A stretch of DNA of 41,244 nt, taken from NCBI GenBank assembly GCA_038247415.1, contig JBBRUX010000035.1:1-41244 (forward strand), written 5' to 3'. Source of the stretch: Chitinivibrionales bacterium. GTDB lineage: Bacteria > Fibrobacterota > Chitinivibrionia > Chitinivibrionales > WJKA01. Position numbers and translations under genes: made by a program. Shown here piece by piece: positions 17,975 to 27,899 of this stretch (positions are counted from its first letter, which is position 1; each line of letters begins with the position of its first letter). The notes under the pieces were generated by a model. That model worked only from the letters and a program-made list of their open reading frames with translations. It did no database searches and was not told the DNA's origin.

Positions 17975-18492
17975 GAAGTGCCTTTCGATAGCACTGCAAG
18001 CTTGAAATTATTAAAGCCTTCCTGGCCGCAGGTATACATAATTTTTTTGAGGAGCCTAAACCTGATGCGCTTATCACCAAGGATTGTAATATCACCTTTA
18101 AATTTTGTTTTGGTAGAATACTTCTCGATCTTCTCGGTTTTAGTCCTTCTATCGGCCAACCATACAGAGAGAGAAGGGATAATCATATCATCGGTGGCAA
18201 GAACTGCATCAACCGAGGCGACCCGCTCGTTTTCAATTAAAATATCTTTGTTGGTAATTGAAATTGTAACTGTCAATTCGGGTTTCTTTTTTGCAGAAGA
18301 ATAGGGCAACTGGAGGTCTTTGGTGGACGTGATGATTTCGCCTTCGCCACTAAAACTTTGTATCATATAAATAAGAAGCACCGTCATGACATCAACAAGC
18401 GACGTAAGCTGAGGCTTTGCAGTTTTAAATCCATGGCGTCCGCGCGATTTGCGCAGATGAGCCGTATTTGATCTTGATACCGGGAAACCCAT
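17971..18492 (-). CDS. ExbD/TolR family protein, AglS-like
   Basis: PQLTSLVDVMTVLLIYMIQSF, LQLPYS, ILGDKRIRFRLLKKIMYTC. Confidence 0.88.
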   Translation of the reverse strand: MGFPVSRSNTAHLRKSRGRHGFKTAKPQLTSLVDVMTVLLIYMIQSFSGEGEIITSTKDLQLPYSSAKKKPELTVTISITNKDILIENERVASVDAVLATDDMIIPSLSVWLADRRTKTEKIEKYSTKTKFKGDITILGDKRIRFRLLKKIMYTCGQEGFNNFKLAVLSKGTS

Positions 18493-18529
18493 TCAAATTC
18501 CTTTACGTACAATAGTACAAAAAACGATC

Positions 18530-19072
18530 CTAGCTTATCCCACCCGAAAGCCCAATATCAGCGAATTGAGACTCACGACACACATCCATGAATTTTATGA
18601 TATCATCGTATAAAATATCTGAATCCAGCACGAGCACTACACCTTTTTGTGAAGGATATGAAAACTTGATCGCCTGAAGCAAGGTGCGCAATTGGTCGTA
18701 TTGATATTGACCCATTACACGCGGTATCACATCGAGTTTTTTGCCCGTTCCAACAATTCTAAAACCTTCTGGGGTCACAATAATGGAAATATCGAGTTCT
18801 TTTGTAGAAGCCGAATCCAGTGATTGCGCTGCTGAGCTTGACACCGCAGGAGGAAGCGAAAATTCCATAATTGCAATTTGGGTAAACACCGTCATCGACA
18901 TAAGAAATGGGAGCATGATCATGAAGAAATTCATCATGGGCGTAACATCAACTTCCTGAGCTTCCACAACCTCCCGCAGCGATTTTTTAGATCGCTTCAT
19001 CACCGGCTTCCCTTTTTGCTGGTCGCCCTGAAAAGCGTTCTGTTTGGTGTTTTCTTGTTCCCCTGAACTCAT
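18530..19072 (-). CDS. ExbD/TolR family protein, AglQ-like
   Basis: EVDVTPMMNFFMIMLPFLM TM, FSLPP, ILYDDIIKFMDVCR. Confidence 0.85.
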   Translation of the reverse strand: MSSGEQENTKQNAFQGDQQKGKPVMKRSKKSLREVVEAQEVDVTPMMNFFMIMLPFLMSMTVFTQIAIMEFSLPPAVSSSAAQSLDSASTKELDISIIVTPEGFRIVGTGKKLDVIPRVMGQYQYDQLRTLLQAIKFSYPSQKGVVLVLDSDILYDDIIKFMDVCRESQFADIGLSGGIS

Positions 19073-19083
19073 AATAAAACCTT

Positions 19084-19716
19084 TTACTGACGTTTTTGTG
19101 AAAACAGGAAATTAAGCAATCGAACAGAACTTTCGTCTATTTCTTCGATAATGGTATTTGCTTTGGCCGAAAGGATCGAAAACATAAACATATTCAGAAT
19201 GGCAACAATAAGTCCAAATGCCGTTGTATTCATGGCCATTGCAATACCGCGTGCCAACAAGACTGCTTTCTGGGAAGGGTCGGCTGCCGCAAGCGAAGCA
19301 AACGCTTCTTGCAAGCCAAAAATTGTTCCCAAAAGTCCAGCCAGTGTTGCTGCATTTGAAAAGAGCGTTATATAATGGGTGCGACGTTGAATGCGTGGTA
19401 GTTCTCGCAGGCCAACTTCGTCAACTGCATTCTGAATTTCCTGATCTGATTCTTGTTGTTGATAATGCCAGATCGCCGATTCCAATATCATGGCAAGGGG
19501 ATTTTTCATTTTAGAACATAGGAGCCGAGCCTTTTCGGCTTCGTCATTGCGCACAAGTCGCGTAATCTGGATAAGCAATGTTTTGGCATTGATGCGACAC
19601 TTGATATAATAGTAGTAGCACCGTTCGGCAATAATGGCTACCGAAAAGACCGACACAATCAAAATCGGATACATCCATACGCCACCGTCCTTAAAAAACC
19701 GTATCATCATTTCCAT
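19084..19716 (-). CDS. MotA/TolQ/ExbB proton-channel protein, AglR-like
   Basis: GGVWMYPI..IIAER, ATLAGLLGTIFGL, GIAMAMNTTAFGL; three TMs; AAGGAGG RBS. Confidence 0.92.
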   Translation of the reverse strand: MEMMIRFFKDGGVWMYPILIVSVFSVAIIAERCYYYYIKCRINAKTLLIQITRLVRNDEAEKARLLCSKMKNPLAMILESAIWHYQQQESDQEIQNAVDEVGLRELPRIQRRTHYITLFSNAATLAGLLGTIFGLQEAFASLAAADPSQKAVLLARGIAMAMNTTAFGLIVAILNMFMFSILSAKANTIIEEIDESSVRLLNFLFSQKRQ

Positions 19717-19794
19717 GCTACCTCCTTATATATTCTGTAATAACATTCTTTGTGGTACCGAAAGTATAATCCTATCATATCGAATGCGTTAAAT

Positions 19795-20082
19795 CTATGG
19801 TTTTAATAGAGGTGCATACGGTAACGGCCTTAAAAGGTCATCCTTAAAAGAATAGGAAAAGGTAACCGGCCTAAAAAGCGGCTTTTCCTTGGGTAAAAAT
19901 ATCACAACCTGTGGTTTTTCTACCTTACCCTTAATTTTCACACCTACGGTAAAGGTGATTGTTCCCGGCTCGTCAACCCTGTAGCCTTGCGAAGCGATTG
20001 AGGTATCCTTGGGGGCTACGGCATATATCATACTCGAACAGAACAGGCACACAAGGAGTATCTTGACATAAAATAAACTCAT
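19795..20082 (-). CDS. Small secreted protein, GltF/CglF-like
   Basis: Signal peptide, then ITFTVGVKIKGKVEKPQVVIFL...F...SFKDDL, resembling the GltF I.G...KP...F...F pattern; ATGA overlap with the upstream TPR gene. Confidence 0.6.
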   Translation of the reverse strand: MSLFYVKILLVCLFCSSMIYAVAPKDTSIASQGYRVDEPGTITFTVGVKIKGKVEKPQVVIFLPKEKPLFRPVTFSYSFKDDLLRPLPYAPLLKP

Positions 20083-23078
20083 GGGGTACCTCCTTTTGAA
20101 TTTGCAGCATGAGCTCGAGGCGTCATGATGAAATTTTTGATTGGTGTAAATTGATACACTGCATTAGCAACCAAGGCCGTTGGCAGTGCCGAAGTTGTTC
20201 CCGGTGGAATTGCCTGATATTCATATTCTATCGCAGGAAATTCTAGGAGTGGATACAAACCGTACCCCCTATGAACATTATTTTTTACGCACACAGCTAA
20301 CACATTTTTGCCCTCACGCAGCTGCCCACCAACCGGCACAACCCGCGCTTTATGCCACTCGTAAATGGCACTGGTATCCAGCGGAAGCTGTTTGCCATTG
20401 AGATACAGAAGACACTCATCCACGGCCCCTATGTATAACGTTCCAACAGGAGCTGCATCTTTGACATAAAAGGTCGTTCTAAAAAAGAGCCGATCCGGAC
20501 GAGGTGTTCCACTTGTGTCCGAGGCAGATTTTCTTCCCCACCACATTCCCATTGGCTGACTTTGAGGAAAACCCGTAAACTGTGCAATTGAACCACTGTC
20601 CACTTTTTCGACAGTCTTATAAAGCGAATCAGGCCCATCGATAGCATACCAGGAAGGGCTCGAATCGGGTGTACATTTCCAATGTGGTCCCGATGCTATA
20701 CGTCGTACCACAGGGCGATCGATTTTGGTTCCATATTTTTGAGCATCAATTTGAAAAAGTCTGACATATGCCTGGGTAACAAAATCCCCTGCTGCCTGGC
20801 CTTGCTGTGCATATTCCAAAATGTTTTCATACACCGAAACAGCATTTTCCTGATACTTAAGAGACACTTCTTCAAACTGGGCTAAGTACTCTTGTCGTTG
20901 AGCTTCATCGGCATTTGCTGGAAATGGAGGATCATTGATAAGCGTTGTCCCTAAAACATCATAGCATCGTCCGCGCAAAAAGAGCACCCGTGGAATTCTA
21001 TTCTGAGCCACCGCAATTTGCGTGTCTACTAAGGAATACGCCGCCGCAATCTTAATTGCCTTAAGGTAATTAACAAGCGATTGATCTTCATAGATTTCAA
21101 TCTGTTTCAAAAGCTTGCTTTTGTAAACGAACATTTCGTAGGCCCCAAACGAAGCTGGCACCGGAGCATCGCGTGCAATATCTGCAACATCGGAATACGC
21201 AAGCCCTACATTCACGGCCGTTTTTAGCACTTCGGTTGCAGCTTTAGCGTACATTTCATCGTTTTGCTGATAGCTCGAACCTTTTTCCAAACACATAAGA
21301 AATAGTGCAATTGCCCGTTCCTGATAGGGAGCAATTTTCTGCAGCATCTCTAGTTTTTTGCCAATGAGGGCAAAACCATCCAATTTTTGGGCATCGGCGA
21401 CCTTATCGAAAATATTTGCTAGAGCAAGATAGTTGGCACCGGCAGCATAAGGCAAATACGTCAATTTCTGACGCGATGCGAGAATATATTTATCTTCGAG
21501 TTTTTCCTTAATTCCTAGCTTTACATTTTGTTCATGATAATGGAGGGCATTGTCGATATAATATTCGTCTAAAGCCTTAGCAATACCCAGTTCCCAGGCA
21601 AACCGACCTTCGAGAGTAGGCACTGTTGGCCGTTGTTGACGAACAACACCCAGGGCAAAATCTTCGTAGCTTTGACCTATCTGGAAAACAGAACGCGTTG
21701 TCCATTCGCTGACCCCATACGCTACAACCTTAGAATATGCTTTAGCGCCGCGCGCTAAATAATCGGCTTTTTGCTTAAGCAATTTTTTATAGAGATCATC
21801 GGGCTGCAATAAGGCAATATCGCTCATTGCTTCATGCGCAATTTCAGCAATTGTAAATTGTGCATTGGCTGCATAATATTTATTTGCGGTACTCGGATTT
21901 TTAAGCTGAGTATAGGTAGCAATCGCCTTTTCCAGTTGCACCACGGCATCATCGGATTTCTTCTGCATATATAATGCAACGCCCACCATACACAATGCTT
22001 GCACAACTCGATTAAGATCGTTTCCGAAGCGTTTTGTAAACTCCTGATTAACCCGGGTTACGCTTGGCCAATCTTTAAGTTTCCCATATATTTCACCTGC
22101 TTTAAACAGCACATCAGCCGCATCCTCTGCACTCGGGTACAACTGCGGCAATTTCTCAAAGGTGGCGGCTGCCTCAACCAGTTGGTTTGCATTTTCAAAA
22201 CAAAAACCAGCATTATACAGTGCTGCAGGAGCGAGATCCGATTGTGGAAAACTTGCCACTACGCGCAGATACATCTCGCCTGCATTGGTCCATGACAAAA
22301 GCTTTTCATAAGACTTGGCACTGCGAAACCAGGCTTTTACTAAAAGCTTTGACGAATGGTATTTTTTACTTATGCGCTCGAACATCAGAATAGCACGCTG
22401 CCACTCTGCAATTTTTTCGCAACACAATCCTGCATTATACAAAGAGATATCGGCAATTTTTGCATCGGGAAATTCTAGGGCAACGCGCTCATACTGTTCC
22501 GAAGCAGCTTTAAACTTCTGCGCATTTTCCAGCGACTCGCCCATTTTAAACACAGATTCGGCAATACGCGTAATTGCTTCAGATTTATCCCCGCCATCGC
22601 CAGCGATGTCGCGTAATTTGCGATACCACGATTGTGCTTTATCAAAATCTTTTTCTTCATAATACGATTGAGCAATCATGCGTACGGAAGTAACGGCATC
22701 GGAAGATTTGGGGAAATCGGAAACTATTTTTTCGTACATTGTGCGAGCACTCGAAAACTTTTTATTATTATAGTACACAGAAGCTTTTAGGCCAAGAACC
22801 TCGGGCACTTTAAGGCTTTGGGGATTAACAGAAAGATAGTTGTCGCAGGCAGAAAGCATAAGGTGCGCAGCCCGGGATAGTGCCGCTGTATCGGGCCGTG
22901 GTGTAGATACTGTTTTTAAAGAATCAGATTTATTCTTCCGCGTAGAATCCTGCGTAGTTCCGCTCACCCGCGTTGCAGAAGAAGGCGTGCTTACCGCGAT
23001 ATGCGAAGACGGCATACAGGCGCTACCCATAAGCGCTAGTAAGCTTAGCAAAAAAATAGTGAGTGCTAAACGCCTCAT
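20079..23078 (-). CDS. Giant TPR lipoprotein, GltD/AgmU C-terminal-like, with C-terminal jelly-roll (sugar-binding-type) domain
   Basis: Start at ATG 23078 (ATGA overlap), lipobox GSA-C, many TPRs (ALYNAG..E), EWTTRSVFQIGQSYEDFA; C-terminal FFRTTF..YIGAVDECLLYLNG..LREGKNVLAVCVKN. Confidence 0.8.
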   Translation of the reverse strand: MRRLALTIFLLSLLALMGSACMPSSHIAVSTPSSATRVSGTTQDSTRKNKSDSLKTVSTPRPDTAALSRAAHLMLSACDNYLSVNPQSLKVPEVLGLKASVYYNNKKFSSARTMYEKIVSDFPKSSDAVTSVRMIAQSYYEEKDFDKAQSWYRKLRDIAGDGGDKSEAITRIAESVFKMGESLENAQKFKAASEQYERVALEFPDAKIADISLYNAGLCCEKIAEWQRAILMFERISKKYHSSKLLVKAWFRSAKSYEKLLSWTNAGEMYLRVVASFPQSDLAPAALYNAGFCFENANQLVEAAATFEKLPQLYPSAEDAADVLFKAGEIYGKLKDWPSVTRVNQEFTKRFGNDLNRVVQALCMVGVALYMQKKSDDAVVQLEKAIATYTQLKNPSTANKYYAANAQFTIAEIAHEAMSDIALLQPDDLYKKLLKQKADYLARGAKAYSKVVAYGVSEWTTRSVFQIGQSYEDFALGVVRQQRPTVPTLEGRFAWELGIAKALDEYYIDNALHYHEQNVKLGIKEKLEDKYILASRQKLTYLPYAAGANYLALANIFDKVADAQKLDGFALIGKKLEMLQKIAPYQERAIALFLMCLEKGSSYQQNDEMYAKAATEVLKTAVNVGLAYSDVADIARDAPVPASFGAYEMFVYKSKLLKQIEIYEDQSLVNYLKAIKIAAAYSLVDTQIAVAQNRIPRVLFLRGRCYDVLGTTLINDPPFPANADEAQRQEYLAQFEEVSLKYQENAVSVYENILEYAQQGQAAGDFVTQAYVRLFQIDAQKYGTKIDRPVVRRIASGPHWKCTPDSSPSWYAIDGPDSLYKTVEKVDSGSIAQFTGFPQSQPMGMWWGRKSASDTSGTPRPDRLFFRTTFYVKDAAPVGTLYIGAVDECLLYLNGKQLPLDTSAIYEWHKARVVPVGGQLREGKNVLAVCVKNNVHRGYGLYPLLEFPAIEYEYQAIPPGTTSALPTALVANAVYQFTPIKNFIMTPRAHAANSKGGTP

Positions 23079-26000
23079 TGTTTTCGCACTTTCTCTTCTT
23101 GTTTTAAGAGATTTTGGGATGCCACTATAGCATTCCATGCTGCGGTTTCCTTATAGCGAGAATCGGGGTACCGACTTGACACAGTGATGTACTCTTCTGC
23201 AGCCCGTTCGTAATTACCAAGCGAGAACATTATTTCGGCTACATTATACTGGCACTCGTTTGCATGAACCGACAGAGGATACGCCGCCACAAATTCTTCA
23301 TACACACGCGATGCTTTACCATACAGTGCTGTATCGTTGCCCGAGAGTGCACGTTGATGTGCAGCAATAGCGCCATCATACAAAACATCGGAAGAAAGAC
23401 TATCTGCTTGACGTCGAATGACCGTATCGGTTTGAGCCCGAGCCCACGCGCCATTGCGATTATACTTCTGGTAATAAGCAATTTTGAGATCAATCGACTG
23501 ATTCGTTTGAGCATTCTTTACCCGTATTGCAAGCAATTCTTTTTCTACAGCAGCATTTTTCTGATACCGAGGAAACATGCTGAGCAATGTTGTATATGCT
23601 TTTTCTGCCACCTCAAGTCGGCCCTGTTCCTGATACACCGTTGCCATGCGATGTAAGATTTTTGTACCCTTTTCGGCATCCCCAAAGCGTTGAATAAAGC
23701 GCGCAGCACGCGCTAAACCTTTTTCGCCAGTTATATCGGCTTCCGAAAAACTGATGGCGATATAATCCATCGACTCGCTTTCCAGAAGTGATTTTCCCGA
23801 TGTTTTAGAACCTAGGTCAACAAGCGCCAAAAATGAGCTAATGGCCTTTTCTGGGTTTGACAACCGGTATTGCGTCCACGCAAATTTATAGAGTGCATCT
23901 TCAAACCATTTACTTTCTGGATATTTCATAACGAGCTGATAGAGCGAGGCAGCTTTTGCAAGATCACCTTTTTCAAACGCATGCTCACCCATGAACATAT
24001 ACGCTTGAGATGCATAGCGAGATTGCGGACCTACTGCAACAAGCTTGTTCATGCAGGCCAGTGCAGAATCAGATTGCCCGATATCGTTATAGCACCATGC
24101 AAGGCTATACAGCGATGGTGCTATCAGCGAATCATTGTTCCCCTGGTCAATAACCCGCTTAAATTGCCCCATAGCATTGCTATGTACTAATCGTGGAGGA
24201 AGAGGCTTTTCCGGTTTTTGATTGGTTGTATTTGCCCGATACGCTGCCAGCAAACTATCATAGTTCTGTATCGTATTTTCGAACTGTGCATATTCCTTAA
24301 CATAGCGATCATTTTCTACCGAATACAAAAGTTCACCCAGATGATAGCGAATATAGGCCTCGTCTGCTGGCTTTAAATGCCCTGCAAGTAAATTAGTGCA
24401 GGTTCGCATGAGACTTGGCGTTCGGGTTTTAAAGAGCAATTCTTGTCGAAGTAATAAGGAATCCATGATTAATCCGAGCACTCTTCGCTCTTTCTGGATT
24501 TGAGCAGTCCGCGCGGTATCAAGCGTTGCTTCTGCTTGTTTTGCAAGAGATTTATCGGTGACCCTATTTTGTTCCTTCTGGAAATCGATATAATCTTTTT
24601 CCCACGTAGCGGCATTGAGTGCCACTTCTGCATCAAAAAGTTCTGCAGCACTAACGATATCCTTTACACAGTCGATATCGGCCCGCGATTGTGCAAACTT
24701 CTGTTCCACCACAGCGCTTTTGCGAGCATCAACAATCATAACTAATGAATCGAGACGATACAGAAGCCGCTCACGAGTACTGCTCAGAGTCTGTTCCTGA
24801 AATGTTCCATTCTGGTAATAGCGCTTGACAAGAGATGCAATATCGGAAGATTTTGCATAGTATCCCTTTATCTGTTCGTAGCCTTCGATGTTTTGTGCCT
24901 TATTTTTGGCAAGAAGTGTCAGGAGTTCAGCTTCTGCCGCCATTGCTTTTGCAGAATATGTCCCGGTTGTATCTGCTTGCTTTTTAAGGGCAATCATCGA
25001 TAAAAGATCGCGTAATCGTTGCTGCTCTCGCTCTATAGTTACATACCGCTTCCAAGAAAAATCGGCCTGAGCAGATAACCTTTTGGCAAGCAAGAGGATA
25101 GCCTCGGCTTCACGCGGGGATCCAACATGCTGATTCACAAGCTTACGCAATGTTTCTTCTGCTTTTTCAAATTCCCCTGTATTGATATAGCACCAGATAA
25201 TACCAAAGAGGGCCTCGTCAAATGCGGTTTCATTTTTCAACAAACCAAAAAAGAGCGGCAACGCTTTTTGGTAATTCTTAAGTTCGTACTGTACTTGTGC
25301 TAAAGACAATTCTATGTGACCCATAATCTGGGCATTCGCAGAAGAATAGGCCCTAAAATGCGTTGCCCGCTCAAACACCGAGGCCGCATTGACAAGATCA
25401 TTACGTGCCACGCAAATACGTCCTAATGCGTGCATGACTTCTAGGTTATACTCTGCATCGGTTACACATAAGCCTGCCATTTCGGATAGGTCTTCATACT
25501 CTCTAAGCGCGCAGCCACTCTCCAGGCTTATCCAAATAATTAAATTTCGCAACTTCCCTTTTAATTTGGCAATGTCAAGACTATCACCCAGGGTGCGAAT
25601 TTTCCTGTATTCTTTTAACATATAAAGACTTTGAATGCGATATACCAATACTTGAATTGCATCTGAGGTATCGGTGGGCATATACTTCGAATACTCGATA
25701 ACACTATCATACTGTCCTAGAGCAAAATGAAGCGATACCGTAAGCAACTTATATTCGTTGCTCATAAGAGGTGCAGGATAATCCGAGCGCATTGATTGCA
25801 TGCTACTTAATGCTTCTTTGTACTTTTTGTTTTCGTAAAGCATTTTTGCATTATGAAGATCTGTGCGAAACATAACAACAAGCTCTAGTGGCGTTGCGCG
25901 TTTGAGTAGGGCACCCTTAAGCGCCACAATTTTATTCACATAGTTTTCGTTTTGATTGCCGACATTAGCTTGCAAAATATCATAAAATTCGCTCTGCGCC

Positions 26001-26569
26001 GATTTCTGTTCTATGTTTTGTGTTACAGGAATGCCCATACTAGTGCCAATAGAATCGAGAAGCAGTCCGGTTCTAAGCCAGAGGGTGTCAATCGAATGCT
26101 TTACCGATAGCATTTCTGAAACACGCAATACATGTCCTTTTTCCAGAACTCGTCTCATTTCTTCAACAGGAGTTTGCGCAACCATAGTCCTTAAAATTGA
26201 CATTGCATCAACCATAGACGCAGAGAATCCGCCAATCGTTGCTGATAAAGCTTGTGCGTTTTTCTCAACGGCTTCTATTTTTTTATCGACCAGTACCAAA
26301 GATTCATCCGTCAAATGGGTAATACTTGGGGGATATACTTCGCATACACGAATCGTTGCAATAAAATCCTCCACGTGCATAATCTCATGCTTAAGAATCC
26401 CCAGCGAATACCATTCACCTTCAAGTTGATCCGTTAAATTATCGCTTGTTTTCCATTGCGCCGAAGAATCGGCACCAGAAGCAGCAAATAAACCCCATGC
26501 GCACGCACCCGCAATACAGACAAGCTGCATTGCACGGTACAAAACGGTATGGAGTTTTCTCTGGCTCAT
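23075..26569 (-). CDS. Giant secreted TPR/coiled-coil protein, GltC/GltD N-terminal-like
   Basis: Signal peptide, TPR blocks (EALFGIIWCY; SLYSLAWCY; AYMFMGEHAF; ALYKFAWTQY; ESMDYIAISF) separated by coiled coils. Confidence 0.8.
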   Translation of the reverse strand: MSQRKLHTVLYRAMQLVCIAGACAWGLFAASGADSSAQWKTSDNLTDQLEGEWYSLGILKHEIMHVEDFIATIRVCEVYPPSITHLTDESLVLVDKKIEAVEKNAQALSATIGGFSASMVDAMSILRTMVAQTPVEEMRRVLEKGHVLRVSEMLSVKHSIDTLWLRTGLLLDSIGTSMGIPVTQNIEQKSAQSEFYDILQANVGNQNENYVNKIVALKGALLKRATPLELVVMFRTDLHNAKMLYENKKYKEALSSMQSMRSDYPAPLMSNEYKLLTVSLHFALGQYDSVIEYSKYMPTDTSDAIQVLVYRIQSLYMLKEYRKIRTLGDSLDIAKLKGKLRNLIIWISLESGCALREYEDLSEMAGLCVTDAEYNLEVMHALGRICVARNDLVNAASVFERATHFRAYSSANAQIMGHIELSLAQVQYELKNYQKALPLFFGLLKNETAFDEALFGIIWCYINTGEFEKAEETLRKLVNQHVGSPREAEAILLLAKRLSAQADFSWKRYVTIEREQQRLRDLLSMIALKKQADTTGTYSAKAMAAEAELLTLLAKNKAQNIEGYEQIKGYYAKSSDIASLVKRYYQNGTFQEQTLSSTRERLLYRLDSLVMIVDARKSAVVEQKFAQSRADIDCVKDIVSAAELFDAEVALNAATWEKDYIDFQKEQNRVTDKSLAKQAEATLDTARTAQIQKERRVLGLIMDSLLLRQELLFKTRTPSLMRTCTNLLAGHLKPADEAYIRYHLGELLYSVENDRYVKEYAQFENTIQNYDSLLAAYRANTTNQKPEKPLPPRLVHSNAMGQFKRVIDQGNNDSLIAPSLYSLAWCYNDIGQSDSALACMNKLVAVGPQSRYASQAYMFMGEHAFEKGDLAKAASLYQLVMKYPESKWFEDALYKFAWTQYRLSNPEKAISSFLALVDLGSKTSGKSLLESESMDYIAISFSEADITGEKGLARAARFIQRFGDAEKGTKILHRMATVYQEQGRLEVAEKAYTTLLSMFPRYQKNAAVEKELLAIRVKNAQTNQSIDLKIAYYQKYNRNGAWARAQTDTVIRRQADSLSSDVLYDGAIAAHQRALSGNDTALYGKASRVYEEFVAAYPLSVHANECQYNVAEIMFSLGNYERAAEEYITVSSRYPDSRYKETAAWNAIVASQNLLKQEEKVRKQ

Positions 26570-26578
26570 GCCAAATTC

Positions 26579-27868
26579 CTATCGTGTTGTTTCTATTGCT
26601 TCACGGCGATTACGTATCTCCAAAAGCCGTTTTTGATCATCTTCGCCCTGCCGTGGCGCAACCGTTGTATCGATTACACTTTTTTTAGTTTTAGGCCCTA
26701 TTCCTAAATCCAATTTTTCATCGAGCTGTATCGTTTTAATCTGCTTGACATTCTTCATAAGCAAAAACGTTCGTCTCATTTCGCTACCTGTTTGGTTAAA
26801 CAAAAGGGGTATGTTCATCCAGGCAACCACCTTCCACCGTGTATACCACGGATCAAATGGGTCGGTAATTCCACGGGTGGCTTCATCGTAAAATTTGCCC
26901 GATGGATTATTGCGCGAATTGGAAAGGGCCACCTTATCTGCAATGGTATTTGCCGATCCAACATTTGCACTAATAAGCAGCGGTACGCATGCGTTAAGTG
27001 TTAATCCATTGTCGTAGCGGACCCTTCCGCCCAATGTTATAAACATGGGATTTTCTGTAAATCCCACCTCAATTTTCTGAGCGGGTCTTAGATTATCAAA
27101 CATTTTTGGTGCTGTTGACGCATTAAAAAACGCTTCGCAGGAATGCTCGACATAAACATCGGCGGCATATCCTGCATATGATAAGCCAACAGCATAGCGA
27201 TACTGCGAGTACTCGATGGCTTTTGCTTCCAGAGGAATAGTGCAACCAAGATTGCCATATATTTTAAGTGGCACATTGCTTTGTTCTGCAATAAAATCGC
27301 GCTCATACGCCCCTGTCGCTCGTATGCTTCCCCCCTGTACCAGAAATCCTTCAGGAGAAAATCCTGTTCCTCCATTGCGAAAGCCCGCAATTGAGGGGAA
27401 TTTTTCTAATGGACTATACATATACAATACCTCTAGTCCCACTCCGTCAAATCTCAGATCCATATTATTAGGGAGCGTTGCTTTTATCCCGCCACCCACA
27501 TTACCAAATTGAGGGATTTTGTTCCACATATACGATACCGGACGCGTTGTCGCCACCAGAGACAAAAAGCCTGTAATACCATATTCGGTACTTGCTTCTA
27601 TAAAAGGAAACGGCTTTGGGCCAGCACTGCCATCATCCCAAACAAACCCAATAGCTCGAAGCGTTGTAGAAAGATTTTTGTACCCGAGGGTGTTAGCGCT
27701 ATTGCACTGGTAAAGCCCTTCTCCCCGCAGGCGTTTTTGTCCCGTTTGCGCACATAGCGTTGTAACCAAGCCACACACCATTGCCACTACTGCTCCAAGA
27801 AATACAGCCTTGCCAACACTTGACAAAAGTAGCTTTTTCCGGCTTATATTGTTATCGAGACACATCAT
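26579..27868 (-). CDS. Probable outer-membrane beta-barrel protein with C-terminal helical tail (paralog 2)
   Basis: Start reassigned to ATG 27868 (AAGGA RBS, signal peptide LCA-Q, removes overlap with upstream gene); amphipathic strands. Confidence 0.65.
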   Translation of the reverse strand: MMCLDNNISRKKLLLSSVGKAVFLGAVVAMVCGLVTTLCAQTGQKRLRGEGLYQCNSANTLGYKNLSTTLRAIGFVWDDGSAGPKPFPFIEASTEYGITGFLSLVATTRPVSYMWNKIPQFGNVGGGIKATLPNNMDLRFDGVGLEVLYMYSPLEKFPSIAGFRNGGTGFSPEGFLVQGGSIRATGAYERDFIAEQSNVPLKIYGNLGCTIPLEAKAIEYSQYRYAVGLSYAGYAADVYVEHSCEAFFNASTAPKMFDNLRPAQKIEVGFTENPMFITLGGRVRYDNGLTLNACVPLLISANVGSANTIADKVALSNSRNNPSGKFYDEATRGITDPFDPWYTRWKVVAWMNIPLLFNQTGSEMRRTFLLMKNVKQIKTIQLDEKLDLGIGPKTKKSVIDTTVAPRQGEDDQKRLLEIRNRREAIETTR

Positions 27869-27899
27869 AGTACAGTTCCTTGGTTCATACCACAGCGCA

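Noticed and set aside
16895..19716. Ordinary TonB-ExbBD or Tol-Pal operon
   Set aside because: No TonB-dependent receptor, TolB or Pal; two dissimilar ExbDs, an AgmX/GltG-type C-terminus and giant TPR genes fit an Agl-Glt-like system better.
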